Assembly (NCBI GenBank): GCA_963792585.1
Contig: CAWBWI010000001.1
Coordinates: 128,001 to 192,000 of the forward strand
Direction of reading: 5' to 3'
Origin: Candidatus Eiseniibacteriota bacterium
GTDB taxonomy: Bacteria; Eisenbacteria; RBG-16-71-46; CAIMUX01; VGJL01
Length of the DNA stretch: 64,000 bases
The notes under the pieces are model-generated. The model searched no databases. It was not told where the DNA came from and worked only from the letters and a program-made list of their open reading frames with translations. The position numbers and the translations under genes are program-made. This document shows, in pieces, positions 10,198-20,638 of the stretch. Position 1 is the first letter of the stretch. Each line of letters opens with the position of its first letter.

Positions 10198-10878
10198 TCA
10201 GAAGCCGACGCTCAAGCCCACGCCGAAGGTGACCGTGTTGTAATCGATGTTGCGGATCTGGTCGCGAACTTCCGAATCGAGCTTTCGTTCAGGGTCGACG
10301 AATACGTACTGGGCCTCTCCCGAGAGGGAGACCTTCTCGGACAAGCTGAGTCTCAGCCCGCCGCCCGCATGCCAGCCAAACGTCGTGACCGACTGATCGC
10401 GGAGTCCGGTCATGCGCTCGACGACGCCGGAGTAGTCGTAGATCACGCGGTACCAGCCGGCCCCGGCCTGCAGGAACGGGGAGGCCCCGGGCGCGAGGGG
10501 CAGATAGAGTCGTCCGGAGACGGTCACCGGCACGCTCTTCACGCGCACGTTCGCGCCATCAATCGTGCCGACCTGAAAGCGCTCGCTCGAACGGTAGTCG
10601 ACGGCGCCTCGCACCCCGAGAAACGGGACGAGTCGAAGCTCCATGTGCCCGCCTACGAGGTAGTTTCCGTTGTCGGAATCGGCGGCCTTGGTATATGCGA
10701 TGTGCGGTCCGTACTCGAATCCTTGGGCATACGCGCCCCCGTTCAGAAGGGAAGCGCAAAAGAGCAAGAGCGCAGGGCCGGACAGATGACGGATTCGACG
10801 CCGTACCGACGGGGTCGACAAACGCGGCACATCCTCTTGCTTCGCGGTCTGCGGCATCATCTGCTGGAATCGAGTCAT
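10198..10878 (-). CDS. Outer-membrane beta-barrel protein
   Basis: Signal ending AYA; PFLQAGAGWY, FGWHAGGG, C-terminal GLSVGF with aromatic end; GAGGAGG RBS. Confidence 0.8.
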   Translation of the reverse strand: MTRFQQMMPQTAKQEDVPRLSTPSVRRRIRHLSGPALLLFCASLLNGGAYAQGFEYGPHIAYTKAADSDNGNYLVGGHMELRLVPFLGVRGAVDYRSSERFQVGTIDGANVRVKSVPVTVSGRLYLPLAPGASPFLQAGAGWYRVIYDYSGVVERMTGLRDQSVTTFGWHAGGGLRLSLSEKVSLSGEAQYVFVDPERKLDSEVRDQIRNIDYNTVTFGVGLSVGF

Positions 10879-10966
10879 GACATATCCTCCTCTTCTCCGG
10901 CAGGCCCACACATCAGCCTGCCGGCGCACGGTCGGTCGATCCGACCGGAACCGCGGATCCATAAGA

Positions 10967-10981
10967 ACAGGATTCGTGCCG
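10967..10981 (-). promoter_or_regulatory. Possible degenerate sigma-54 promoter
   Basis: CGGCAC-GAATC-CTGT: good -24 box but imperfect -12 (GT instead of GC). Confidence 0.35.
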
Positions 10982-11217
10982 CGGCGATGCCGGGAGGGAT
11001 TCGATCGTCCTACGCGCGATGGGCCCGCGAGTTGGCGGTCAGGGGTTCCCGGATATCCGACCGCGAGGCGACGTCTGGAGCCGTGTGAGAACTACAAGCT
11101 CCACCCAGTTTCTACCGACAACGCAGCCCACAACTCGGTCCACCCGAAGTCTCGGCGCTCCCGCCTCGAACCGTCATCGCCTTGGAGGGGTAGAGGTTCC
11201 CACGGTCCGAATCCGCG

Positions 11218-11232
11218 TGGCACGTCCCTTGC
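11218..11232 (+). promoter_or_regulatory. Sigma-54 -24/-12 promoter
   Basis: TGGCAC-GTCCC-TTGC exact consensus, 58 bp before ATG 11291. Confidence 0.8.
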
Positions 11233-11290
11233 GGATCGCGTGCCGGAGCAGATTGAACGAACCGCGCAACCCCGCGGAAGGAGGTAGGAC

Positions 11291-11773
11291 ATGAGGACCA
11301 TTCTCGTAACGATCGCCGTGCTGGCCGTCCTTACGCTACCCGCATTGGCGGGCCCCCAGGATCACGTCGGCTATCGCGGTTGGGGACCGCGGGTCGGTCT
11401 CAGCTCCGGCCCCGACCAGATGCACTTCGGCGCCCACCTGGATTTCGGTTACTTCGCGGAGCACTTTCGGCTCCAGCCGAATCTCGAGGTCGGCGTCGGC
11501 AGCGGTCGAACCATCAGCGCATTCAACGTGGAGACCTCGTATCGATTCCTCACCACGTGGGGGAACTGGTCGCCGTACGCCGGCGGCGGGCTCGGCCTGA
11601 ACATGGTGAGCGGAAACGAGCGCCCGGGCCGCTCGAACGAGGATCTGGGAGCGAACGCCCTGGGAGGAATCGAGAAGGGGCTTTCGAACGGGGATCGTTT
11701 CTTCCTGGAGACAAAGCTCGGGCTGGGCCATGCTCCGGACATTAAATTCACAGCGGGCTGGACGTTCTACTAG
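11291..11773 (+). CDS. Outer-membrane beta-barrel protein (paralog of 6596-7105)
   Basis: Signal peptide; GAHLDF, RLQPNL, SPYAGGGLG, FFLE, terminal GWTFY; shared motifs with 6596-7105; AGGAGG RBS. Confidence 0.8.
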   Translation: MRTILVTIAVLAVLTLPALAGPQDHVGYRGWGPRVGLSSGPDQMHFGAHLDFGYFAEHFRLQPNLEVGVGSGRTISAFNVETSYRFLTTWGNWSPYAGGGLGLNMVSGNERPGRSNEDLGANALGGIEKGLSNGDRFFLETKLGLGHAPDIKFTAGWTFY

Positions 11774-12141
11774 AGGCTCGGACTCCCATCTCGAACGATC
11801 GAAGACCGAAGCGGGAAGGCCGGGACTGCAGGGGGCCAAAGGCATCCTGCGATCCCGGCCGACCCGCGCCGCGTGCCCGCCACCTCGCGATGAGGAACGC
11901 CCGGCTTCGGTGTCCGCGCGGGCGGGGTAGGAAGCACTCTCCCCAATGGCGTCCCGTGAGTCATGAGAATCGTGGCACAGCGCGAATTGCGAAGCGACTC
12001 CTCGTCCCAAGATGTGATTTGGTCCCTCGCGGGTATCACTGGCAGTATTCCTACGACTGCCTAGTATGCAGTGTGCAATCACCCGGCCGCATCCGGCGAT
12101 CGGGTGCCCACCGTTCCGATGACCTCTTGGAGGTCACACGC

Positions 12142-14759
12142 ATGCGCTGTAATCTGGCAACGCAACTCCGGCCGCCGCTCTTGTCCCTGTCCCTTCTCAT
12201 GGTCTCCATCCTCGCGCAGGCGGATCCGCCGCCCCTGACCCCGATTCAGTTTCTTCCCGGGGACCTGAGGAGCAGCGTTGCCCCCGGCAATCAGACAGCA
12301 CCGTCCATCGCCATGGGGACCAACCAGATGCTGGCCGTTTGGACCGACGCGAGCAGCAGCCACTCTCTCGCAGGAGTGGAGAGCGAAGCCGACATATTCG
12401 CCGCCAGGCTCGATTCGAGCGGCAACCTCATCGATGCGACTCCGATCGTCGTGAGGCAGGATGGGGGATACCAGCGCAATCCCATAGTTTCGTGGAACGG
12501 CGAAAACTGGCTCGTCCTATGGGAGAACCAGACGTTCACCGGTTCCTACTACGAAACCCGGGTCTTCGGGGCAAGGGTCTCGCCGCAGGGCATCGTCCTC
12601 GACACAACTCCTCTCCAACCCTTCGGGACGAATCTCAGCGAAGAAGTACACGTCACGGCGAATGGCTCGGAATGGTTGGTCGTGACGCAAGGACACAGCG
12701 CGGGGCAGGCCGGCATCCAGGCGCGGCGCATCGCGTCGGACGGGACCTACCCGGATCCAGCGCCGGTCGTGCTCGTGGCGGAGACCTACTACGTCTACTT
12801 CAGCGTGCAGATCAACTCCGCCGCGAGCGAATACCTCCTGACGTATACGGACCCGGATGTCTACCGCGCGCGCAGGTACACGTCCTCGCTGCAGCCGATC
12901 GGGAACCCCTTCACGATTCCGAACGGGAAGATCGCCTCGAACGGACCTCAATACTACCTCCTCTTCTCGGGCGGGCAGTTCGGCAATGAAATGAGGGGCT
13001 CACCCATGAGTCCGAGCGGCGTGTTGACGATTCCCGGCGGCGCCTTCTTCGACGATCTGTCGGATGGCACCTGGTGGGAAAGCGATGTCGCCTGGGATGG
13101 CACCTACTGGTGGATCTCCTACGTCCACGCTTGGACGGGGATCACATATCAGCGGGCGACGGTAGCGGGCACAGTCGTCGATCCGACCGGCTTCGCCATT
13201 GATCCTCCGAATCGCAACTACCACGCCGCCCACCATACCGCGAGCCGCCCGGGTGGAGGCGTGGTCACCGTGTGGCAGGACTGGCGCATCTCCACCGCGG
13301 ACTACAACGTGTTCGCGACGCGCGTGAGCGGCCCGGTGCCGCCGCTGGATCCCGGAGCCCCGATCTGTCTGTCTGGCGCCCACCAGCTCTATGCGGACGT
13401 GGCCGCGGGCCCAGGCTTCTACATGCTCGCCTGCGCGAGCGCGATCTCAGGGGATACGCGCATCCAAGTGCAGCGGATCGACGAGGTCGGAAACGTGCTC
13501 GATGCCCAGCCGATCGTGGTCGCGTCGGGTCCGAACGAGGCGGTCCCTGCCGTCGCGTGGAACGGTTCGGTCTTCCTCGTCGTCTGGAACTCCGCCGGAA
13601 ACATCGTCGGCCGGCGCGTGAACCCCGACGGCTCGTTCGTGGATGGCAGCCCGGTGACCATCATGCCCGGCGGCTCGCCTGATGTCGCCGCGCTCGGGAC
13701 CGACTTCCTCGCCGTCGCAACCCACGCACCGGGGAATCCCCAGTATCGCTTCGCGTACGCCCGGCGTGTGAGCGGCGCAACAGGACAACCGATCGACCCC
13801 GCGCCGATCCTGATCGGCGGCTCGTTCGCGCAGTTCTGCCGTGTGACGACCTTCGGCGGAAGGTGGCTGGCGACGTGGCAGCAGAACTTCACCCACGATG
13901 ATCCGCAGGCGGCGATCTCGGCTGCTTTCGTTGCGGCCGACGGTTCGACGCCGGGACCGTTCACCGTCCTCCCCGCTTCGGGAGGAACTCCCGACATTGC
14001 GGTCTCCGGCAACACGGCGCTCTTCATCTGGAGGAACAACTCGCTCGCGAACGCGAACAACTACATCGCCGCGCGTCGGATGCGTCCGGACGGATCGTTC
14101 GTCGACCCGGGCGCGTTCTTGGTCGACGAGGCGGCCGGCCGCCAGCTCGATCCGGTGGGCGCCTGGAACGGGCACGAGTTCGTGACGGCTTGGGAGGATC
14201 AGCGCAACCAGCAGTGGTTCTTCGACGCCCAGACCGACATCTACGGCGCGCGCGTGCCGGCGGACGGCGCGGTGACCGACCCGAGCGGCTACGCCCTCTT
14301 CGACGAACCGTCTCCCGTGGTCAACCCCGCGATCGCGAGCCTTGGCAATGGAAGGTGGATCGTCGCGGGGTCGATCTTCCGTACCGGCGCTCCGTTCGAC
14401 TGCTATCGGATCGGATTCCGCATAGGCCTGGGCGACGTGGCGGACGTTGTCGGGAACGATGCGCCCGGAGGGTTCCGCGGCCTTCCCGCCCAGCCGAACC
14501 CGACCTCGTCGACGACCATGATCCGCTTCGATCTGCCTACTGCCGCGGAGATCCGGTTGCTTCTCTATGATGCGGGCGGTCGTCTGGTCCGAACGATCGC
14601 GGGGGGACGATGCCCCCGGGATCCCACTCCGCGAACTGGGATGGTCGAGACGATACGGGCCGGACCGTGGCGGACGGGGTATACCTGCTGCGGCTCGAGG
14701 CCGGTCGCTTCGCCGATACCCAGAAGGTCATCAAGATCCAGGGCGCCTCCTCGTACTAG
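12142..14759 (+). CDS. Large secreted repeat (beta-propeller-like) protein with FlgD-Ig/T9SS-like C-terminal domain; one frameshift at 14601-14606
   Basis: Signal peptide; recurring W.D.R...DI(F/Y).AR and P.V.WNG..(W/F)LV.W motifs. The tail PNP...IRFDLP...LYDAGGRLVRTI continues in another frame as TMPPGSHSANWDGRDDTGRTVADGVYLLRL...KVIKI to TAG at 14757-14759. Confidence 0.75.
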
Positions 14760-14832
14760 CAGGGGTTCCTCCGGAGCCGGTCCCGGTTCGCGGCGGATCG
14801 GGGCCGGTTCTCCGGATCCGGCGCCGCGTTCC

Positions 14833-14861
14833 TTGACTCCCGCACCGCATCCCGACAGAAT
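14833..14861 (+). promoter_or_regulatory. Sigma-70-type promoter for the TPR gene
   Basis: TTGACT-N17-CAGAAT upstream of GGAGG RBS and ATG 14922. Confidence 0.55.
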
Positions 14862-14921
14862 CACCTCCACGGTCCATGCCGACTGCCGGGGGATGGCGCG
14901 CATCGCCATTGGAGGTAGTCC

Positions 14922-16424
14922 ATGATCCCGTGCCGGCGTCTTCGATTCCTGTCGTCCTTCGTTCGTCTCGCGCTGGCCGCCCCGACAATCTTGGCGGCCG
15001 CGGCGTTCCTGTCGGTCCCGGAGGCCCGCGCGGCAGATCGCGTTCCGATCACCACCGCCTCCGAACCTGCGCGGAATCTCTTCCTCGAAGCCCGCGGCCT
15101 GAACGAAGGCCTGAAGTTCACCGACGCGCACGGGCGGTGCGTCCGGGCGATCGGGTTGGATCCGAACTTCGCGCTCGCGCATCTTCTCGCCTGCCAGACG
15201 TCGGCGACCGCGAACGAGTTCTTCGAGGGTCTCCAGCGTGCGGTGGATCTCGCGCCCAAGGTCTCCGACGCAGAACGCCTGATGATCCTCGGTTTCGACG
15301 CCGGCACGAAAGGGCGGCCGCAGGAGCAGGAGAAGGCTTACGCCGATCTCGTCAACCTCTTTCCGGATGACGAGCGGGTCCTCAACCTCCTCGGGGGGTA
15401 CTACTTCGGCGCGCAGGATTACGACCGGACCATCGCGACCTACGAGCGGGCGGTCGCCGTCAACCCCGCGTTCGCCCCGCAGTACAACCAGCTGGGATAC
15501 GCCTACCGCTTCACGCAGCAGTTCCCGAAGGCCGATCAGGCGTTTCAGAAGTACATCGAGCTCGTGCCCGACGATCCGAATCCGTACGACTCGTACGGTG
15601 AGTTCCTCATGAAGACCGGCCGCTTCGAGGAGTCGATCGCGAGCTACCGGAAGGCCCTGACCTTCGATCGCAACTTCGTTCCCTCCTACATCGGGATCTG
15701 CAATGACAACATCTTCCTCGATCGAGGCGAGGAGGCGCGCAAGGCGTGCGACGAACTCACCGCGATCTCGAGGACGGTGGGGGAGAAGCGTCAGGCCATG
15801 TTCTGGACGGCGGTTTCCTTCCTGCACGAGGGCCGACCGAAGGACGCGATCGACACGGTCCATCGGATGCATGCGCTGGCGGAGGCGGACAAGGATCTGC
15901 CGACCATGGCGGCCGATCACGTCATGATCGGGAATATCCTGCTCGAAACGGGCACGCCCGATCCCGCGCTCGCGGAATTCCGCAAAGGCGTTGAGGTCAA
16001 TGAGACCGCCGACGTGCCGGCCGAAGTGAAGGCGACGGCGCGCCGAGCGCTCGTCTATCAGGAAGCGAGGATCGCGCTCGCGAAGGGGGACCCGGCGGCC
16101 GCCTCGGCCAAGGCGGAGGAATTCCGAAGGGCGGTCGAGGCGCACCGGATTCCCGGCGAGGTCCGTCAGGTCCATGAACTGGCCGGCCGGATCGCGATCG
16201 CGAGGAAGGACTTCGACCTGGCCCTCCAGGAGCTTTCCGCCGCCAATCCTCAGGATCCGCGGATCGACTACCTGATGGCCCAAGCATACGAGGGCAAGGC
16301 AGACGGGGAGAACGCGCGGCTGTTGGCCAAGCGGGCGGCGGACTTCAACGCGCTGAACATCAACGGCGCGTATGTCCGCAAGCCGGCGCAGGCGATGGTG
16401 GCGAGGTTGGGAGGGGCGCGGTAG
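14922..16424 (+). CDS. Secreted tetratricopeptide-repeat protein
   Basis: Signal peptide ending ARA; multiple TPRs (YNQLGYAY, YDSYGEFLMKTGRFEESIASYRKAL). Confidence 0.85.
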   Translation: MIPCRRLRFLSSFVRLALAAPTILAAAAFLSVPEARAADRVPITTASEPARNLFLEARGLNEGLKFTDAHGRCVRAIGLDPNFALAHLLACQTSATANEFFEGLQRAVDLAPKVSDAERLMILGFDAGTKGRPQEQEKAYADLVNLFPDDERVLNLLGGYYFGAQDYDRTIATYERAVAVNPAFAPQYNQLGYAYRFTQQFPKADQAFQKYIELVPDDPNPYDSYGEFLMKTGRFEESIASYRKALTFDRNFVPSYIGICNDNIFLDRGEEARKACDELTAISRTVGEKRQAMFWTAVSFLHEGRPKDAIDTVHRMHALAEADKDLPTMAADHVMIGNILLETGTPDPALAEFRKGVEVNETADVPAEVKATARRALVYQEARIALAKGDPAAASAKAEEFRRAVEAHRIPGEVRQVHELAGRIAIARKDFDLALQELSAANPQDPRIDYLMAQAYEGKADGENARLLAKRAADFNALNINGAYVRKPAQAMVARLGGAR

Positions 16425-16452
16425 GATCCGACCGCAACCTGGGAGGGATGCG

Positions 16453-17664
16453 ATGGATCGGATCCTCTGGTACCCCGGACACGAGCACCTCATGGCCGAC
16501 ATCGTGCGCGCCGAGAACTGCTACCTCTACGACTCGGCCGGCAGGCGCTACGTCGATCTAGAATCGGGTGTCTGGTGCGCCTCGCTCGGACAGGGGAATA
16601 CCCGGATCCTGCATGTGCTGGCCGAGCAGGCCGCGCAGATCGCGCACAACGGCTTCTGCTACTCGACGCCGATCGTGGACGAGGCGGCGCGGGAAGTTCT
16701 CGCGCTGCTCGGCTTCGACGGCGGCAAGTGCGTCTTCCTCTGCTCGGGGAGCGAGGCGATCGAGTACGGCGTGCGGGTCGCCCGGATGCTGGCCGGGCGA
16801 ACTCTGTTCCTCACGATGACCGACTCCTATTTCGGCGCCTATGGTTCGGCGAACCTACGGCGTGAGGACGAGTGGTTCGGCTTCGACTGGTTCCCGTGCG
16901 CGGAGTGCGGACACGCGGGCGGCTGCGATGAGGGCGGCTCCGGCGGCTGCGAGCGCTGGAATTCGATTCCCTTCGACACGATCGGCGGCTTCCTCTTCGA
17001 GCCGGGGAGCTCCTCGGGTCTGGTCCGCTTTCCGCCGGAGAAGCTGATCCAGGCGATCGCCGCGCGAATCCGGGAAGATGACGGATTCTTCCTGGTGAAC
17101 GAGGTGACCACGGGGGCGGGTCGGACCGGGCGATGGTTCGGCTTTCAGCACTATGACGTCGCGCCCGACGTCGTCGCGATGGGCAAGGGGATCGGCAACG
17201 GATATCCGGTGAGCGTCACCGCCTTCTCCCGGAGGATCGTCGAGCGGCTGGGCGATCAGCCCGTGAAGTACGCGCAGTCGCACGAGAACGATCCACTGGG
17301 CGCGGCGGTTCTGCGCGAGGTGATCCGCGTGATCGAGGAGGAGGGATTGATCGCCCGCGCGGCGGAGCTCGGGGCGCTCCTGCGCGACGGACTCGATGGG
17401 ATCCAATCCCGCTGCTCGCGGATCCGCGCAGTGCGCTCCCGCGGCCTCATGGCGGCGATCGATCTGGAAGACGATCCGGACAACGCGTTCACCCTCCGCG
17501 TCCACCGCGGGCTGGTCGCGCGCGGCTTCATCGTCGGGCGCCGCCCGGGAGTCAACGTCCTGCGGATCGATCCCAGCCTCACGATCGAGCGCGAGGAGAT
17601 CGCGAACTTCCTCGCGTCGTTGGAGGAAACACTCTCCGCGGAGTCCCGACCTGGAGCAGTCTGA
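16453..17664 (+). CDS. Class III PLP-dependent aminotransferase
   Basis: YLYDSAGRRYVDL, CSGSEAIE, NEVTTGAGRTG, PDVVAMGKGIGNGYPV (PLP Lys), VRSRGLM. Confidence 0.9.
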   Translation: MDRILWYPGHEHLMADIVRAENCYLYDSAGRRYVDLESGVWCASLGQGNTRILHVLAEQAAQIAHNGFCYSTPIVDEAAREVLALLGFDGGKCVFLCSGSEAIEYGVRVARMLAGRTLFLTMTDSYFGAYGSANLRREDEWFGFDWFPCAECGHAGGCDEGGSGGCERWNSIPFDTIGGFLFEPGSSSGLVRFPPEKLIQAIAARIREDDGFFLVNEVTTGAGRTGRWFGFQHYDVAPDVVAMGKGIGNGYPVSVTAFSRRIVERLGDQPVKYAQSHENDPLGAAVLREVIRVIEEEGLIARAAELGALLRDGLDGIQSRCSRIRAVRSRGLMAAIDLEDDPDNAFTLRVHRGLVARGFIVGRRPGVNVLRIDPSLTIEREEIANFLASLEETLSAESRPGAV

Positions 17665-18376
17665 AATCGTTCTGGGGGACGGGCGGATCTCCTACGAGAT
17701 TCGCCGGAGTGCGCGCAGGCGCACGGTCTCGATCGCCGTCCACCCGGGCGGTCTCGTCGTGGTCCACTCTCCCGCGCGCATCTCGGCCGAGCGCCTCGAC
17801 GCGATTGTGCTCCGGAAGCGGGACTGGGTCCTCGAGAAACTGCGCCTGGCATCCGACCCCGAAGCGACCCGCGCGCCCCGCAGGGTTGTCGACGGCGAGA
17901 CGTTTCTCTACTTGGGGCGTCGGTATCGGTTGCGCATCCGGCCCGGGAAGGGCCGCGCGAGTTCGGTGCGCCTCTCCGACGGGCACCTGGAAGTCGCGCT
18001 CATACCCCGCTCCGTCTCCTCGCCGGGCGCCGCCCGCAAGGCGCTGGTCGCCTGGTACGCGAAGCGCGCTGCGGCGCATGCGGGCTCCCACGTGGTCCAC
18101 TGGGCGCGCCGTCTCGAGGTCCCGGCGCCCGAGATTCTGATCCGCAGCCAGCGCGCGCGTTGGGGGAGTTGCGACCGGCGCGGGATCATCCGGATCAACT
18201 GGAGAATCGTGCAAGCCCCGATGCGCTTGGTCGACTATCTGATCGCGCACGAACTCACCCACCTCCGCGAACCGGGACACACGGCGGCCTTCTGGCGGGT
18301 GCTCACCGGGGTGATGCCCGACGCGAAGATGCGCCGGGGCGAGTTGAGGAAGATGGCCGGATTGATGGATTGGTAG
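17651..18376 (+). CDS. M48/YgjP-like (DUF45) zinc metallo-hydrolase
   Basis: YEIRRSARRRTVSI, GETFLYLGR, RWGSC, INWRI, DYLIAHELTH (HExxH), HTAAFW. No ATG/GTG near the homologous start; CTG at 17651 is the best candidate. Confidence 0.85.
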   Translation: MEQSEIVLGDGRISYEIRRSARRRTVSIAVHPGGLVVVHSPARISAERLDAIVLRKRDWVLEKLRLASDPEATRAPRRVVDGETFLYLGRRYRLRIRPGKGRASSVRLSDGHLEVALIPRSVSSPGAARKALVAWYAKRAAAHAGSHVVHWARRLEVPAPEILIRSQRARWGSCDRRGIIRINWRIVQAPMRLVDYLIAHELTHLREPGHTAAFWRVLTGVMPDAKMRRGELRKMAGLMDW

Positions 18377-18593
18377 GGACCCGGCTGAGGCCCCCTGTCC
18401 GAGGTCCTCGGGAGCGTAGGTACTGGGCCCAGCTCGATCCACGACCCCCCCCAGACATATACAGGACAGTATTTGTAGCAATACGAGGGAGGGGGTCGGG
18501 CACCCTCCCGAGGTGGGGAAACAACGTGAAGGTACGGCGATAACGATCTGTGACACACTCAATTATGGGCATCGTCGCGTCGTCTCGGGCTCA

Positions 18594-18609
18594 TGGCACG
18601 AGCCGTGCA
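18594..18609 (+). promoter_or_regulatory. Probable sigma-54 -24/-12 promoter
   Basis: TGGCAC-GAGCC-GTGCA with correct GG/GC spacing, about 78 bp before ATG 18687. Confidence 0.6.
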
Positions 18610-18686
18610 TTCCAGCGGGAGGAATCGGACCGGTCGCCGCCCGGCGGCCGGGTCCCTCGACCGCCACCGCAAGGGAGGTACCCAAG

Positions 18687-19046
18687 ATGTCGCGACTCGG
18701 CAGCCGACTGATCTACTGGACCCCGCGGGTCCTCTGCATCCTCTTTGCCCTCTTCATCAGCATGTTCGCCCTGGACGTCTTCGGCGAAGGGCGCGGCTTC
18801 TGGGAAACGTTGGCGGCGCTCGGCATGCACATGATCCCCACGGCGGTCATCGTTCTCGTAACCATTCTCGCGTGGCGCTGGGAGTGGATCGGCACGCTCG
18901 CCTTCTTCACGACCGGGGTCCTCTACTCCGTGAGAACCGCGCAGCACCCCGACTGGATCCTCCTCATCGCCGGCCCGCAATTCCTGATCGGCGGTCTCTT
19001 CCTGCTCAGCTGGTTCCAGCGTCGGAGAGTTCGTCCGGCCGTCTGA
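18687..19046 (+). CDS. Four-TM hypothetical membrane protein
   Basis: WTPRVLCILFALFISMFALDVF...LGMHMIP...AWRWEWIG; GGGAGG RBS. Confidence 0.8.
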   Translation: MSRLGSRLIYWTPRVLCILFALFISMFALDVFGEGRGFWETLAALGMHMIPTAVIVLVTILAWRWEWIGTLAFFTTGVLYSVRTAQHPDWILLIAGPQFLIGGLFLLSWFQRRRVRPAV

Positions 19047-19228
19047 GCGCGCTCATCGATCCACGTGACGAGCGCTCCGCCCACGGCGTCGGAGGCCATG
19101 CCGACGACGGTCTGGTTGCCGGGCGCTCCACACACAGAGATCACCTCGTCGAGCCGCCCGGACCATGCGGGGTCTGAATGCAGGCAGAGAAGGAAGGTGG
19201 GGGCCAACAGGAACAGGATCCGTTTCAT
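19047..19228 (-). pseudogene. Truncated 5' remnant of a secreted repeat protein
   Basis: AGGAGG RBS, signal peptide MKRILFLL...AWS, then CGAPGNQT..MASDAVGGALVTWIDER, resembling the first repeat of the 12142 protein. The frame then runs into the convergent gene. Confidence 0.5.
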
Positions 19229-19304
19229 CGCGCGCCTCCTATGACCGAGGAGATTCGACGCCGGAATTCGGGTCACGCAGGAGGCTTCGGCGGCATCGCC
19301 GCCG

Positions 19305-20528
19305 TCAGGCCCGTGCCGGGACGGGTCGCTTCACCAGCAAGACGAACAGCATCACGGCCAGCAATGCCATCCCGCCGCCGTAGAGGAACGTCGCCTGGAA
19401 GCCGAACCGCTGCCAGAGCAATCCGGCGGCAACGCTCGCGAGCAGATTCGCCAACCCATTCGCCATGCTGTAGACGCCGAGCCCGGTCGCGCGGAACTCT
19501 TCCTGCACCAGCTGCGAGGCATACGCCTTTCCCACCCCGTCGGTGAATGCGGTGTAGAACCCGTAGATCGCGAAGAGGACCCAAACCGCACGGGGGGCGT
19601 GGTTGAGGGCGAAGCCGGCGTAGACCAAAGCGAACAGGACGAGCCCAAAGGCGAAGACCCTGCGCGGGCCAATGCGATCCGCGAGCATCCCGGCCGGGTA
19701 CGACCCCACCGAGTACGCGATGTTGTAGACGACATAGGCCAGGATCACGGTGACCGTTGCGTTCCCCGCGGTCGAGAAGACCTCCCGCGCCCGCAGGATG
19801 AGGAAGGTGTCGGAGGAGTTGCCGATCGCGAACACCAGGTTCACCAGGATAAAGACGCGGAAGTCCCGATTGAAGATGCTCCACGCGAACGACGGGCGCT
19901 TGTACCGGGGAGCGGAGGGCTTCTCGCGTACCAGGAAGAGAAGGAGGACGCCCGCGATTGCCGGCAGGAACGCCCACTTGAAGATCGCGCGGTAGCTCTC
20001 CGCGTTCTCACCCATACGGCTCATGAAGTAGATGGCGATCAAGGGGCCAACGACGGCGCCCAGACTGTCCATCGCGCGGTGGAGTCCGAACGCCCGCCCC
20101 CGTTGCGCGGGTGTGGTCGCGTCGGCGATCAGTGCGTCCCGCGCCGAGCTGCGCAAGCCCTTTCCCGTCCGGTCCGCCACGCGGAGCCCCAGAACGAACA
20201 TCCATCCGGTCGCGAGCGCGAGCATCGGCTTCGAGAAGGCCGAGAGGCCATAGCCGCCGATCACGAACGGCCGGCGCTTGCCGACGCGGTCCGACCACCA
20301 TCCCGAGAAGCTCTTCAGGATGTTCGCCGTGGCCTCGGCAAGTCCCTCGATCAAGCCGAGCGCCGCCATCGGGGCGGCGAGCACGGTGGTGAGGAACACC
20401 GGAACGAGGGGATAGAGCATCTCCGACGAGATGTCGGTGAAGAAGCTCACCCAGCCCAGGAGGACCACATTGCGCGGGAGCTTGCCCGCGGTCTCGTTCG
20501 CGGACGGTGCCTTCGTCTCGGTGACCAT
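19305..20528 (-). CDS. MFS transporter
   Basis: VSFFTDISSEM, SGWWSDRVGKRRP, DRTGKGLRSSARDALIAD, GRAFGLHRAMD; about 12 hydrophobic segments. Confidence 0.92.
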   Translation of the reverse strand: MVTETKAPSANETAGKLPRNVVLLGWVSFFTDISSEMLYPLVPVFLTTVLAAPMAALGLIEGLAEATANILKSFSGWWSDRVGKRRPFVIGGYGLSAFSKPMLALATGWMFVLGLRVADRTGKGLRSSARDALIADATTPAQRGRAFGLHRAMDSLGAVVGPLIAIYFMSRMGENAESYRAIFKWAFLPAIAGVLLLFLVREKPSAPRYKRPSFAWSIFNRDFRVFILVNLVFAIGNSSDTFLILRAREVFSTAGNATVTVILAYVVYNIAYSVGSYPAGMLADRIGPRRVFAFGLVLFALVYAGFALNHAPRAVWVLFAIYGFYTAFTDGVGKAYASQLVQEEFRATGLGVYSMANGLANLLASVAAGLLWQRFGFQATFLYGGGMALLAVMLFVLLVKRPVPARA

Positions 20529-20603
20529 ACGCGGGAGAGTGTACGGCCACGCTGCGTCCGTTGTCGGGCAAAGGTTCCGTTGTCGGCCAAAGCGATGCCG
20601 AAC

Positions 20604-20631
20604 TTGCGACGGGACGACCCGCTGGTATACT
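20604..20631 (+). promoter_or_regulatory. Sigma-70 promoter with extended -10; probable leaderless start of the OPT gene
   Basis: TTGCGA-N16-TATACT with TG extension; ATG 7 nt after the -10 box and no clear SD. Confidence 0.5.
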
Positions 20632-20638
20632 GCGGGGC

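Noticed and set aside
11973..11990. TGGCAC...TTGC upstream of the 12142 gene as a sigma-54 promoter
   Set aside because: Spacer is 8 nt, not the strictly required 5.
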